A stretch of 64,000 nt of DNA from Deltaproteobacteria bacterium (GTDB lineage Bacteria > Myxococcota > Myxococcia > Myxococcales > 40CM-4-68-19). Under the pieces are notes generated by a model. The model worked only from the letters and a program-made list of their open reading frames with translations, made no database searches and was not told the origin of the DNA. Both the position numbers and the translations under genes were made by a program. Of this stretch, positions 42,958 through 53,161 are shown piece by piece. The stretch spans positions 65,424 through 129,423 of the forward strand of contig VBLC01000046.1 of the NCBI GenBank assembly GCA_005879315.1, given 5' to 3'. Each line of letters opens with the position of its first letter. Within the stretch, counting starts at the first letter, position 1.

Positions 42958-43857
42958 TCACTTCTTCGCCGCCGCCAGGTCCTGATCGATGGTCGCGAGG
43001 AAGTCGTCTTCCTTGAAGAAGCCCTTGCCCCACGCCGCCCAGGGCGAAAGCAGCTTGTCGGCCTTCATCTGATCGAGGCTGCGTCCCGCTTTGCGCGCCT
43101 TGTCGACCGCCGCGACCATCTCCTCGAGCGACCGCGCGAACTTGCGCACGTCGTCGACGCTGCCCACCGCGCCGTGTCCGGGGATGATCTTCGCGTCCTT
43201 GGGGATCCGGGGCAAGAGCTCGTCGAGCGCTTCGATCATCCCGCGCACGCTGCCGCCGGCCTGCAGATCGACGAAGGGGAATCCGTACCTGACGAAGTCG
43301 TCTCCGAGGTGGACGACGTTGCTCCGGGTGAACCAGACCACGGTGTCGCCGTCGGTGTGCCCGGGCCGCGCGTGGATGGCGCGGATCTCCTCGCCGTTCC
43401 AGAAGAGCGAGAGGCCCTCCTCGAAGGTGACCACCGGCAGCGCCTTCGGATCGGCGGGCGGGATGTCGAGCTTGCCCGATTTGACGCCGGCCTGCATGCG
43501 CTTGCGCACGTTGGCGTGGGCCACGATGGCGGCGGCGTCGGCGAAGTTGGCGTTCCCGCCCACGTGATCGGGGTGGTAGTGCGTGTTGATGACGAAGCGG
43601 ACCGGCTTCGGGGAGAGCTTGGCCAGCGCCGCTTTGATCTTGGGAGAGAGCGGGGCGTACTGATCGTCGACGATGGCGACGCCGTCGTCGCCGACGGTAG
43701 CCGCGATGTTGCCGCCGGCGCCTTCGAGAACCCAGACGTTGCCGGCCACTTTGGTGGATTTGATCTCCACCTTGCTCAGGTCCGGCTCCTGGGCGGCGGC
43801 TGCCGACGCCACCATCAGCGTCAAAAGTGATCGTCGCATGGCGCGGGACCATAGCAC
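42958..43857 (-). CDS. secreted MBL-fold metallo-hydrolase
   Basis: Signal peptide, THYHPDHVGG (HxHxDH), and later GHTDGD and PGHG ligand motifs. An alternative start is 6 codons downstream. Confidence 0.85.
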   Translation of the reverse strand: MLWSRAMRRSLLTLMVASAAAAQEPDLSKVEIKSTKVAGNVWVLEGAGGNIAATVGDDGVAIVDDQYAPLSPKIKAALAKLSPKPVRFVINTHYHPDHVGGNANFADAAAIVAHANVRKRMQAGVKSGKLDIPPADPKALPVVTFEEGLSLFWNGEEIRAIHARPGHTDGDTVVWFTRSNVVHLGDDFVRYGFPFVDLQAGGSVRGMIEALDELLPRIPKDAKIIPGHGAVGSVDDVRKFARSLEEMVAAVDKARKAGRSLDQMKADKLLSPWAAWGKGFFKEDDFLATIDQDLAAAKK

Positions 43858-43924
43858 GCACGCTCGCTCGCCTGCTCTGCGGCACTAGCCGTTTCCGAGG
43901 AGCGAGCCACAGGTTCGCCAGACG

Positions 43925-44173
43925 ATGGAGCCCGTCACGCTGACGCTCGTAGCCGTTTTCGTTCTCGCTGCCTTCCTCTTGCGCCGGCCCTGGCAGTTCG
44001 CGCCGGCTCTCGCTTTCGCGGCATCCCGCAGCGAGGTGGACGTGCCCGGCGACGACGACGAGGAGCAACCCGAGACCGATCGCGCTCCCGCGCCACGCCG
44101 GCATCCGCTGGCGTGGACCGTGGCCGGCGTCGCCGTGCTGCGGGTCGCGCTTCTCGTCGCGCTGCACGCCTGA
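43925..44173 (+). CDS. 82-aa hypothetical membrane protein
   Basis: Two hydrophobic segments flank an acidic loop. High GC3, but no clear Shine-Dalgarno. Confidence 0.4.
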   Translation: MEPVTLTLVAVFVLAAFLLRRPWQFAPALAFAASRSEVDVPGDDDEEQPETDRAPAPRRHPLAWTVAGVAVLRVALLVALHA

Positions 44174-44217
44174 CCGCTCCCTTGCCGGGCTTGCCGCGGC
44201 GGGTTATCTCCCCCCGC

Positions 44218-44928
44218 GTGAGCCCCGCCATCGTCGCCATCGACGGCCCCGCGGGCGCGGGCAAGAGCACGGTCGCTCGCCAGCTCGCTCGCCGGCTCGG
44301 CTTCAGCATGATCGATACCGGGGCCATCTATCGCTCGGTCGCCCTGGCCGCGCGCAGGGCCGGCGTCGGATGGGACGACGACGAGGGACTGCGCAAGCTC
44401 CTCGACAAGGGCCTGCCCATCTCCTTCGTCGCGGAGCCGGAAGAGCGCGTCCTCTTGAACGGCGAGGACGTGACACAGGCCATCCGCACGCCCGAGATCA
44501 GCCGCGGCGCGAGCGTCGTCTCGGCGCGGCCGGTGGTGCGCGGGAAGCTGCTCGGCCTGCAGCGCTCGCTCGGCCTGCAGGCGTCCAAGGGCGCCGTGCT
44601 CGAGGGCCGCGACATCGGCACCGTCGTGTTCCCCGAGGCCACGGTAAAGTTCTTCCTCACCGCGAGCGATGACGCCCGCGCCCAGCGCCGCCACGCAGAG
44701 TTTTCGGAGAAAGGTCTCGACGTCCCGCTGCAGGAAGTGCTCGGCGATCAGCGGCGCCGCGACCAGCACGACAGGGAGCGGGCCATCGCTCCCTTGCGCG
44801 CTGCGCCCGACGCCATCGTCATCGACACCACCGGTCTCGACCTCGCAGAAGTCGTCGAACGCAGCCATCGGCTGGCGCTGGAGCGACTTTCCCAGGCCTC
44901 GAGCATCAAAGGGAAATTGCAGCGTTGA
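44218..44928 (+). CDS. cmk: cytidylate kinase
   Basis: IAIDGPAGAGKST P-loop, MIDTGAIYR and GRDIGTVVFP. GTG start. Confidence 0.92.
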   Translation: MSPAIVAIDGPAGAGKSTVARQLARRLGFSMIDTGAIYRSVALAARRAGVGWDDDEGLRKLLDKGLPISFVAEPEERVLLNGEDVTQAIRTPEISRGASVVSARPVVRGKLLGLQRSLGLQASKGAVLEGRDIGTVVFPEATVKFFLTASDDARAQRRHAEFSEKGLDVPLQEVLGDQRRRDQHDRERAIAPLRAAPDAIVIDTTGLDLAEVVERSHRLALERLSQASSIKGKLQR

Positions 44929-44943
44929 TCTGGTTTTGGCGCC

Positions 44944-44972
44944 TTGACACTACGGAGCCCGTTCTGTAGGTT
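44944..44972 (+). promoter_or_regulatory. sigma-70-like promoter upstream of rpsA
   Basis: TTGACA (44944-44949), 17-nt spacer, TAGGTT (44967-44972). Confidence 0.5.
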
Positions 44973-45006
44973 CCGCGCGCTTTTGCGGCGGAGACACCAT
45001 CTTATC

Positions 45007-45051
45007 CGCCGTTTGCCATTACTCCCCGTGGCAGGCGGCGTTTCTCATTTT
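45007..45051 (+). promoter_or_regulatory. terminator-like hairpin plus U-rich tract in the rpsA leader
   Basis: CGCCGTTTGCC (45007-45017) pairs with GGCAGGCGGCG (45030-45040) as 5+4 bp with an internal loop, followed by TTTCTCATTTT. Confidence 0.4.
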
Positions 45052-45091
45052 CAGGGGGCGAAACAAGACAGAATCGCAGGCAGACTTTTTC

Positions 45092-46840
<1,749 letters not shown>

Positions 46841-46872
46841 TCGCGGCCGCGCGCGCAGGAAATCCTGAAGAA

Positions 46873-46920
46873 CGGGCGGGGGAATCGCTCCCAGCCGATG
46901 CGGCGCGATTCCGCCGCCCG
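46873..46920 (+). terminator. GC-rich hairpin after rpsA (candidate terminator, no U-tract)
   Basis: CGGGCGGGGGAATCGC (46873-46888) pairs with GCGATTCCGCCGCCCG (46905-46920), 15 of 16 bp, with a 16-nt loop. It lies 33 nt after the stop. Confidence 0.55.
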
Positions 46921-47079
46921 CTCCGACGCGCTCCCCCCTCTGCGCGCTGAAAGAGACGAGATGTTCCGCTCTCGCACAGGCTACGGTCCATAGAGGAAAA
47001 CCATAGTACTCGGATGGCGTCAGCCTTCCTCTCTTCGAGGGAGATGCTTTTCGAAGCAAACGATCTGACGTAACCTGGG

Positions 47080-48048
47080 TTGGTGCGGGTGCGCGATCTG
47101 GCGGAAACCCTCGACAACGCGCCGGCCGGCGCGCGCCTCCTGCCACAGGCGGTAGCGCAGCTCCCGCGCCTGCTCCACGCCGAACAGGCCTGCGCCTATC
47201 TGGTGCGGGTCGAGGAGGGCCGCCGCGAGCTGGAATTCTTCCACGGCGAAGCCATGCCCGCCGGCCTCGGCCCCGCCTTTCGCAAATGGCTGGAGAAGGC
47301 GCCGCGGAATTTCGACAGCTACGATCCGGCGGATCCCGACCCGCGCCAGCGCAACGTGGCGCTCCGCTCCGAGGACCTGCTCGAGTTGACCTCGGGTCGC
47401 ACCCCGCCGGTGGTGCGCAGCTTCCTGCCGCGCTTCGCGCTCTCCGAGAGCGACGTGCTCCGCGTGCTGATCTGCGAGGGTTCCTCGCTCCTCGCCTGGG
47501 TCGGTGTCTTCCGCGCGCGCAAGTTCTCGCGCGGCGAAGCGCGTCGCTTCGATGCGCTGGTGCCGGCGCTGCAGCGGCGGCTCGCGCTGGAGCAGAAGCT
47601 GGCCGACGGGGAACGCCTCGCAGCCGAGACGGGCGCTGCGCTGGAGGGCGTGCCCGCGCCGGCCTTCCTCGTCCGCAAGGGTCCGACCATCGTGCACGCC
47701 AACGCTGCCGGCCGCGCTCTGTTGGAGGAGGATCGAGCGGCCGCGCTCGATGGCCTCCGCCGGCCGGCGCACGCGGCGCGCCTCTTCGGCGAGACGCAGC
47801 TGGTCATCCTCGAGGCGCGGCCGCGCGATCCCTCGGCCCTCGTCGCGACGGCTGCGGTCCGCTGGTTCTTGACGCCGCGGCAGGCGCAGGTGCTGCGGCT
47901 GCTCGCCCGCGGTCATTCCAACCGCGCTCTCTCGGCGGCGCTGGGATGCGCGGAGAGCACGGTGGAGCTGCATGTCAGCGCTCTTCTCGACAAGGCGGAC
48001 TGCGAGAGCCGCGCGCAGCTGGTGGCGCGGCTCTGGAGCGGAGGATAG
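47080..48048 (+). CDS. LuxR-family transcriptional regulator
   Basis: C-terminal LTPRQAQVLRLLARGHSNRALSAALGCAESTVELHVSALLDK HTH. The N-terminal sensory region is not assigned. TTG/GTG start. Confidence 0.85.
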   Translation: MVRVRDLAETLDNAPAGARLLPQAVAQLPRLLHAEQACAYLVRVEEGRRELEFFHGEAMPAGLGPAFRKWLEKAPRNFDSYDPADPDPRQRNVALRSEDLLELTSGRTPPVVRSFLPRFALSESDVLRVLICEGSSLLAWVGVFRARKFSRGEARRFDALVPALQRRLALEQKLADGERLAAETGAALEGVPAPAFLVRKGPTIVHANAAGRALLEEDRAAALDGLRRPAHAARLFGETQLVILEARPRDPSALVATAAVRWFLTPRQAQVLRLLARGHSNRALSAALGCAESTVELHVSALLDKADCESRAQLVARLWSGG

Positions 48049-48061
48049 CGCTCCGCTGGAG

Positions 48062-48343
48062 CTATGGGCTCGCCGGCGTCGCCTTGGGCGCCGCGGGCTT
48101 GCGGCGAAAGAGCAACAGGCCGATGACGATGCCGATGACCGCTCCGCCGAGCGAGCCGATGATCTGCGTCCAGACCAGCTTGGTCATCGCCCAGGTGACG
48201 GCGTCCGTGCAGTTGAAGGCGGTGGCGGCGCCGGCCGGCACAGGCGGAGCGTACCAGTAGGCGATCATTTTCGGCCCCAGCCAGCTGGCGAGAATGCCGA
48301 AGAACAGCGCGCAGGCGAGAGCGGCGATGGAGACGCGTCTCAT
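48062..48343 (-). CDS. 93-aa hypothetical membrane protein
   Basis: Two TM helices (ALACALFFGILASWLG; IIGSLGGAVIGIVIGLLLF) and high GC3. Confidence 0.5.
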   Translation of the reverse strand: MRRVSIAALACALFFGILASWLGPKMIAYWYAPPVPAGAATAFNCTDAVTWAMTKLVWTQIIGSLGGAVIGIVIGLLLFRRKPAAPKATPASP

Positions 48344-48367
48344 GCGCGCAAGCTAGCATGTCCGGCG

Positions 48368-49252
48368 ATGGATGTTTTCTCGCTGGTGGCCGTCGGGCAG
48401 CGCGCCTATCTGCGCGACTCGGTCGTGCGCGCGGCGGAGGAGCTCGAGCTCGCCGAGGTGCTGCCGGCGACGGCGGAAGCGGCCGCGCGCAAGCTCGGCT
48501 TGCGGTCGCCGCACAGGCTCCTCCGGCTGCTCGAGGCGCTCGCGGTCCTCGACGAGGCGCGCCGCGAGGGCGATGTTTTTCACTTGCGCGGGCGGCCGCA
48601 CGCACCCGCGACTGCCGGTGCATGGGGACGGATCGCCGGGATCATCCGCGCTGACCGACCGCTCGCGGAACCGGCGGACGAGGATTCGCTGCGCCGCTTG
48701 CATCGACACCTCGAGCGCGCGGGCGCGGATGCCGCACGCGAGCTCTGGGCAAATCTGCCGGATGCACACGGGCCGATGCTCGACCTGGGCGGGGGCGCCG
48801 GAACGTACACCGCGGCATTTCTCGAGGCGCACCCGGGCGAAGACGCGGCCATCGCCGACAGGCCGCAGGTGCTCGAGCTGGCCCAGGTCAGCCGCGCACG
48901 GCTCTTGCCCATCGACCTGCTCGAAAGCGAGCTGCCGAAGGGCCAGCGCACCATCCTTCTCGCCAACGTCCTGCACCTCTTCGGCGAGAGCGATTGCAGG
49001 AAGATCCTCGCCAAGGCCGCTCTTGCGCTGGCGCCGGACGGCCTCCTCATCGTCAAGGACCTGCTCGTCGAGCCCGACCGCAGCGGCCCTGCAGAAGGGG
49101 TTCTCTTCGCTCTCAACCTGGCGCTCTTCACCAGCGCGGGAGACGTCCACGACCCGCTTGCGCTCGCCTCCTGGATGCGCGCCGCGGGCCTGCGCGAGCC
49201 GCGCCGCGTGCCTCTTTCCGGCTCGCTGGCGCTGGCAGCGGCTTCGCCTTGA
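48368..49252 (+). CDS. SAM-dependent O-methyltransferase-like protein
   Basis: N-terminal winged-helix/dimerisation-like region, SAM motif MLDLGGGAGTY and LANVLHLF. Confidence 0.75.
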   Translation: MDVFSLVAVGQRAYLRDSVVRAAEELELAEVLPATAEAAARKLGLRSPHRLLRLLEALAVLDEARREGDVFHLRGRPHAPATAGAWGRIAGIIRADRPLAEPADEDSLRRLHRHLERAGADAARELWANLPDAHGPMLDLGGGAGTYTAAFLEAHPGEDAAIADRPQVLELAQVSRARLLPIDLLESELPKGQRTILLANVLHLFGESDCRKILAKAALALAPDGLLIVKDLLVEPDRSGPAEGVLFALNLALFTSAGDVHDPLALASWMRAAGLREPRRVPLSGSLALAAASP

Positions 49253-49300
49253 CTTCGCCGGGCGCCGCTCTTAACTTGCGCCGCTTTCTCCAGAGCAGCC

Positions 49301-49873
49301 GTGGACGACCTCATCCTCAGCGTCGATGCCCTCGAGGAGGCGGACCAGCCTTTCGAGGCGGACCTCTCCCGCGAATTCCTCGACGAGGTTCTGCGTGCCG
49401 AGCCGGCGACGGAGTTCCACGCCGCCGGCGCGGCCCACCTGCGCGGCCGCGCCACGAAGATGGGCCGCGAGGTCCTGGCGCGCGCCAAGTTCACCGTGCC
49501 GCTCCAGGGGCATTGCAAGCGCTGCCTGAAGGGCGTGCAGCTCGATGAGCCCGTCGAGCTGGTGCGGGCGTACGTTCCCGCCGCGGAGCTGGTTCCGCAG
49601 CGCAAGCGCGCGGGCGATGTCTCCGAGGCGAGCTTCGAGCCCGAGCTGGTGGACGAGGAGGGATACCAGGGCAAGGAGATCGATCTGAGCCCGGCATTGC
49701 GCGAGCAGATCCTTCTCTCCGTCCCGCCCTCGCCGCTCTGCGACGAGCAGTGCAAAGGGCTCTGCCCGCGCTGCGGCAAGGATTTGAACGAAGTCGAGTG
49801 CGGCTGCGACCGCACGGTTGTGGACCCGCGCTGGGCGGCCCTGAAAGGCATCCAGCTGAAGAAGGAGAAGTGA
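49301..49873 (+). CDS. yceD: YceD/DUF177 family protein
   Basis: CKRC ... CDEQCKGLCPRCGKDLN motif and the conserved position upstream of rpmF. GTG start. Confidence 0.85.
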   Translation: MDDLILSVDALEEADQPFEADLSREFLDEVLRAEPATEFHAAGAAHLRGRATKMGREVLARAKFTVPLQGHCKRCLKGVQLDEPVELVRAYVPAAELVPQRKRAGDVSEASFEPELVDEEGYQGKEIDLSPALREQILLSVPPSPLCDEQCKGLCPRCGKDLNEVECGCDRTVVDPRWAALKGIQLKKEK

Positions 49874-49876
49874 TCG

Positions 49877-50059
49877 ATGGGCGTCCCGAAGAAGCGCACC
49901 AGCCGGCAGAAGCGCGATCAGCGGCGCGCGCACTGGAAAGCCATTGCTCCGAACGTAGGCAAATGCCCGAACTGCGGGGAGCCGATCCTGCCGCACCGCG
50001 CGTGCCCCAAGTGCGGGCAGTATCGCGGCAAGAGCGTGCAGAAGGCTTCAGAGGATTGA
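49877..50059 (+). CDS. rpmF: 50S ribosomal protein L32
   Basis: MGVPKKRTSRQKRDQRRAH...CPNCGEPILPHRACPKCG. Confidence 0.97.
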   Translation: MGVPKKRTSRQKRDQRRAHWKAIAPNVGKCPNCGEPILPHRACPKCGQYRGKSVQKASED

Positions 50060-50073
50060 TACGTCTGCGTGGT

Positions 50074-50146
50074 CGTGCTCGCCCTCGTCCTCGTACTCGA
50101 GAACGAGCACGTGCTCGAATTCGAGCACGACAACGAGCAGGAGCAC
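50074..50146. repeat. cluster of overlapping GTGCTC/GAGCAC palindromes in the rpmF-plsX spacer
   Basis: Perfect palindromes are CGAGCACGTGCTCG (50104-50117) and GTGCTCGAATTCGAGCAC (50111-50128). CTCGTACTCGAGAACGAG (50090-50107) is palindromic at 16 of 18 positions. Extra hexamer copies are at 50075-50080 and 50141-50146. Confidence 0.9.
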
Positions 50147-50152
50147 GAGCGC

Positions 50153-51169
50153 GTGATTGCTTTGGATGCCATGGGGGGCGATCTCGCTCCGGCCGCTACG
50201 GTCGAGGGCGCGCTTCGCGCGCATCGCGAGCGCGGGGTCGAAGTCCTGCTCGTCGGCGACGAGACGCGGCTGTCCCTCGAGCTGCGGCGGCTGGGAGCAG
50301 GCGAGACCGAGCTGCGCATCCACCATGCTTCCGAAGTCGTCGAGATGGACGAGCCGGCCGGGCAGGCATTGCGCAAGAAGAAGGACAGCTCGATCCGCGT
50401 CTGCTTCGATCTGTGCAAGTCGGGCGAGGCCAGCGGCATGGTCTCGGCCGGCAACAGCGGCGCGGTGATGGCCGGAGCGCTCTTCGTCCTTGGCCGGCTG
50501 GAGGGCGTCGATCGGCCCTGCATCGGCGGCTCGCTCCCCACGCTCGGGGGATGCGGCCGCGCGGTGCTGGTCGACATGGGCGCGAATGTCGAATGCACGG
50601 CGGAGCAGATCGTCCAGTTCGCGCTGATGGGCGAGGTCTACGCCCGCCGCATTCTCGGCGTGGTCCGCCCGCGCGTCGGCGTCGTCGCCAACGGCGAGGA
50701 AGAAGGGAAGGGGACCGATCTCACCCGCGCCGCCGCCACCGCGCTGCGCAGGCCGGAGAGCGGCGTCGACTTCCGCGGCTACGTCGAGGGCAAGGACGTC
50801 TTCGGCGGCGCGTTCGACGTCATTGCCACCGACGGCTTCACCGGCAACGTCCTCCTCAAGACGGCCGAGGGGGCGGTCTGGGCCTTCGGCCAGCTGCTCA
50901 AGCGCCAGATCAAGGTCTCGCCGCTGGCGAGCGCCGGCGCGCTGCTCCTGAAGTCTTCCCTCGAGCAAGTGAGGAAGCGGGTCGATTACGAGGAGGTGGG
51001 CGGCGCTCCGCTGCTCGGCGTCCGCGGCGTCGGCTTGATCGCGCACGGACGCTCCACTCCCCGGGCCATTCTCAATGCACTATCCGGAGCAGAGGCTTTT
51101 GCAGTAGAGCGTCTCCAAGATGAGCTGAGCGGCGCGGCGAAGCGGGCGAGCGCCCTCTTTTCGCACTGA
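50153..51169 (+). CDS. plsX: phosphate acyltransferase PlsX
   Basis: IALDAMGGD and VSAGNSGA. GTG 50153 with AGGAG 9 nt upstream. The 28-codon extension from 50069 is judged to be an artefact of the palindromes. Confidence 0.9.
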   Translation: MIALDAMGGDLAPAATVEGALRAHRERGVEVLLVGDETRLSLELRRLGAGETELRIHHASEVVEMDEPAGQALRKKKDSSIRVCFDLCKSGEASGMVSAGNSGAVMAGALFVLGRLEGVDRPCIGGSLPTLGGCGRAVLVDMGANVECTAEQIVQFALMGEVYARRILGVVRPRVGVVANGEEEGKGTDLTRAAATALRRPESGVDFRGYVEGKDVFGGAFDVIATDGFTGNVLLKTAEGAVWAFGQLLKRQIKVSPLASAGALLLKSSLEQVRKRVDYEEVGGAPLLGVRGVGLIAHGRSTPRAILNALSGAEAFAVERLQDELSGAAKRASALFSH

Positions 51170-51210
51170 TCGTTATACTGCGCCGCGGCTTTTTTCCTGG
51201 GGAGCACAGA

Positions 51211-52200
51211 ATGCAGCGTTCGCGCATCGTCGGCACCGGGACGTACCTCCCCGAGAAGGTCGTCACCAACGACGACATGGTGAAGGTCTACGGGGTCGAG
51301 ACCAGCGACGCCTGGATCCGGGAGCGCACCGGCATCGGCGCGCGCCGCGTCGCCGCACCCGGCGAGGCCACCAGCGACATGGCGACCGCCGCCTCGAAGA
51401 GAGCGCTGAAGATGGCGGGCATCCGGCCCGAGGACGTCGACATGATCATCTGCGGGACGGTGACGCCCGACATGCCGTTCCCCGCGGCGGCGACGCTGGT
51501 GCAGGCCAAGCTGGGCGCAAACCACGCCGCCTGTTTCGACGTCAGCGCCGCCTGCGCCGGCTCGCTCTTTGCGCTGGCCATCGGCGATTCCTTCATCAAG
51601 AGCGGCGTCGCCAAGTCGGTGCTGGTGATCGGCGCCGAGATCCTCACCCGCATCATGGATTGGAAGGACCGCAACACCTGCGTGCTCTTCGGCGATGGCG
51701 CGGGCGCGATGGTGCTCGTCCCCGAGACGCGTGAGGCCCACGGCCTGCTCTCCACGCACCTGCACACCGACGGCACGCAGTGGGACATCCTCAACATCCC
51801 CGGTGGCGGCAGCAAGAAGCCCTTCAGCATCGAGGTGATGGAGAAGCGCGAGCAGTACGTGAAGATGAACGGCCGCGAGGTCTACAAGACCGCCGTGCGG
51901 GTGCTGGATCAGTGCTCGCGCGAGGCGCTGGAGCGCAATGGCTACCGGACGCAGGACGTGACCCACGTCATCGCCCACCAGGCCAACCTCCGCATCCTCG
52001 AAGGCGTGATGAAGCGGCTGGAGATCCCTCTGGGAAAGTGCCATCTCAACATCGAGGAGGTGGGCAACACCTCCTCGGCCTCGGTGCCGCTCACGCTCGA
52101 CCAGGCCAACCGCAAAGGCGCTCTCAAGGACGGCGATCTGATCCTGATGATGGCCATCGGCGGCGGCATGGCGTGGGGCAGCGCGCTCTTGCGCTGGTGA
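51211..52200 (+). CDS. fabH: 3-oxoacyl-ACP synthase III
   Basis: DVSAACAGS (active-site Cys), AHQANLRI and GGGMAWG. Confidence 0.95.
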   Translation: MQRSRIVGTGTYLPEKVVTNDDMVKVYGVETSDAWIRERTGIGARRVAAPGEATSDMATAASKRALKMAGIRPEDVDMIICGTVTPDMPFPAAATLVQAKLGANHAACFDVSAACAGSLFALAIGDSFIKSGVAKSVLVIGAEILTRIMDWKDRNTCVLFGDGAGAMVLVPETREAHGLLSTHLHTDGTQWDILNIPGGGSKKPFSIEVMEKREQYVKMNGREVYKTAVRVLDQCSREALERNGYRTQDVTHVIAHQANLRILEGVMKRLEIPLGKCHLNIEEVGNTSSASVPLTLDQANRKGALKDGDLILMMAIGGGMAWGSALLRW

Positions 52201-52207
52201 GGATGCG

Positions 52208-53161
52208 ATGAAGCTCGCGTTCGTCTTTCCCGGACAAGGCTCGCAGTACGTCGGCATGGGCCAGGCGCTCGCCCGCGAGTACCCCGAGGCCCGCGCGGCG
52301 CTCGACGAGGCCGACGCGGCGCTCAAGGGCGGCCTGTTGCGCATGATGTCCGACGGCCCCGAAGAAGAGCTGCGCAAGACCGCCAACACGCAGCCGGCCA
52401 TCCTCGCCGTCAGCGTCGCGGCCCACCGCGCGCTGGTGCGCGAGGCGGGCGGGACGTTCAAGTTCCCTGCCTTCCATGCCGGCCATTCGCTGGGCGAGTA
52501 CTCGGCGCTGGTCGCGGCGGGCGCCCTGAGCCTCTCCGATGCAGTGCGCGCCGTCCGCGCGCGCGGCACCTTCATGCAGGAGGCAGTGCCGGCCGGCGAG
52601 GGCGCGATGGCCGCCATTCTCGGCCTCGAGGCGCCGCTGGTGAAGGAGGCCTGCGCCGAGGCCGCCAGGCAGGAGAAGGGCCGCGTCGTCGCTCCCGCCA
52701 ACTACAACTCGCCGGAGCAGACGGTGATCGCCGGGCACGCCGCCGCGGTCGATCGCGCCATCGTTCTCTGCAAGGAGAAAGGCGCCAAGCGCGCCATGGC
52801 GTTGCCGGTGAGCGCGCCTTTTCATTGCTCGCTGATGTCGCCGGTGCAGCCGCGCCTCGCGGAAGTGCTCGGCACGGTGCAGTTCAAGCAGACCAGCATC
52901 CCGGTGATCGCAAACGCCACCGCCGAGGCGAACACCGACCCGGCCCTGATCGTGCCTCTCTTGCTCACCCAGGTGACCGCGCCCGTGCGATGGGTAGAGA
53001 CCATCCAGAAGATGGCGCTCAACGGCGTCGACACCTTGATCGAGCTGGGTCCCGGGAAAGTGCTGACCGGCCTCACGCGGCGCATCGACAAGGGGCTGCG
53101 CGCCTACGCGGTCGAGGACCCCGCCGGGCTCAAGGCGGTCCTGGCGGAGGTGTTCCGGTGA
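52208..53161 (+). CDS. fabD: malonyl-CoA:ACP transacylase
   Basis: FVFPGQGSQ and GHSLGEYSAL. Confidence 0.95.
   Translation: MKLAFVFPGQGSQYVGMGQALAREYPEARAALDEADAALKGGLLRMMSDGPEEELRKTANTQPAILAVSVAAHRALVREAGGTFKFPAFHAGHSLGEYSALVAAGALSLSDAVRAVRARGTFMQEAVPAGEGAMAAILGLEAPLVKEACAEAARQEKGRVVAPANYNSPEQTVIAGHAAAVDRAIVLCKEKGAKRAMALPVSAPFHCSLMSPVQPRLAEVLGTVQFKQTSIPVIANATAEANTDPALIVPLLLTQVTAPVRWVETIQKMALNGVDTLIELGPGKVLTGLTRRIDKGLRAYAVEDPAGLKAVLAEVFR

Noticed and set aside
47014-47073. A 19-codon upstream ORF just before the LuxR gene, considered as a leader peptide.
   Set aside because: It has no convincing Shine-Dalgarno and its codon usage is AT-rich, unlike real genes here. It is kept only as a note within the intergenic-region finding.
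50069-50152. N-terminal extension of plsX (MVVLALVLVLENEHVLEFEHDNEQEHER).
   Set aside because: The alternating E/H/L pattern is a by-product of translating the GAGCAC/GTGCTC palindromes. Conserved PlsX begins at IALDAMGGD, and GTG 50153 has a well-spaced AGGAG.
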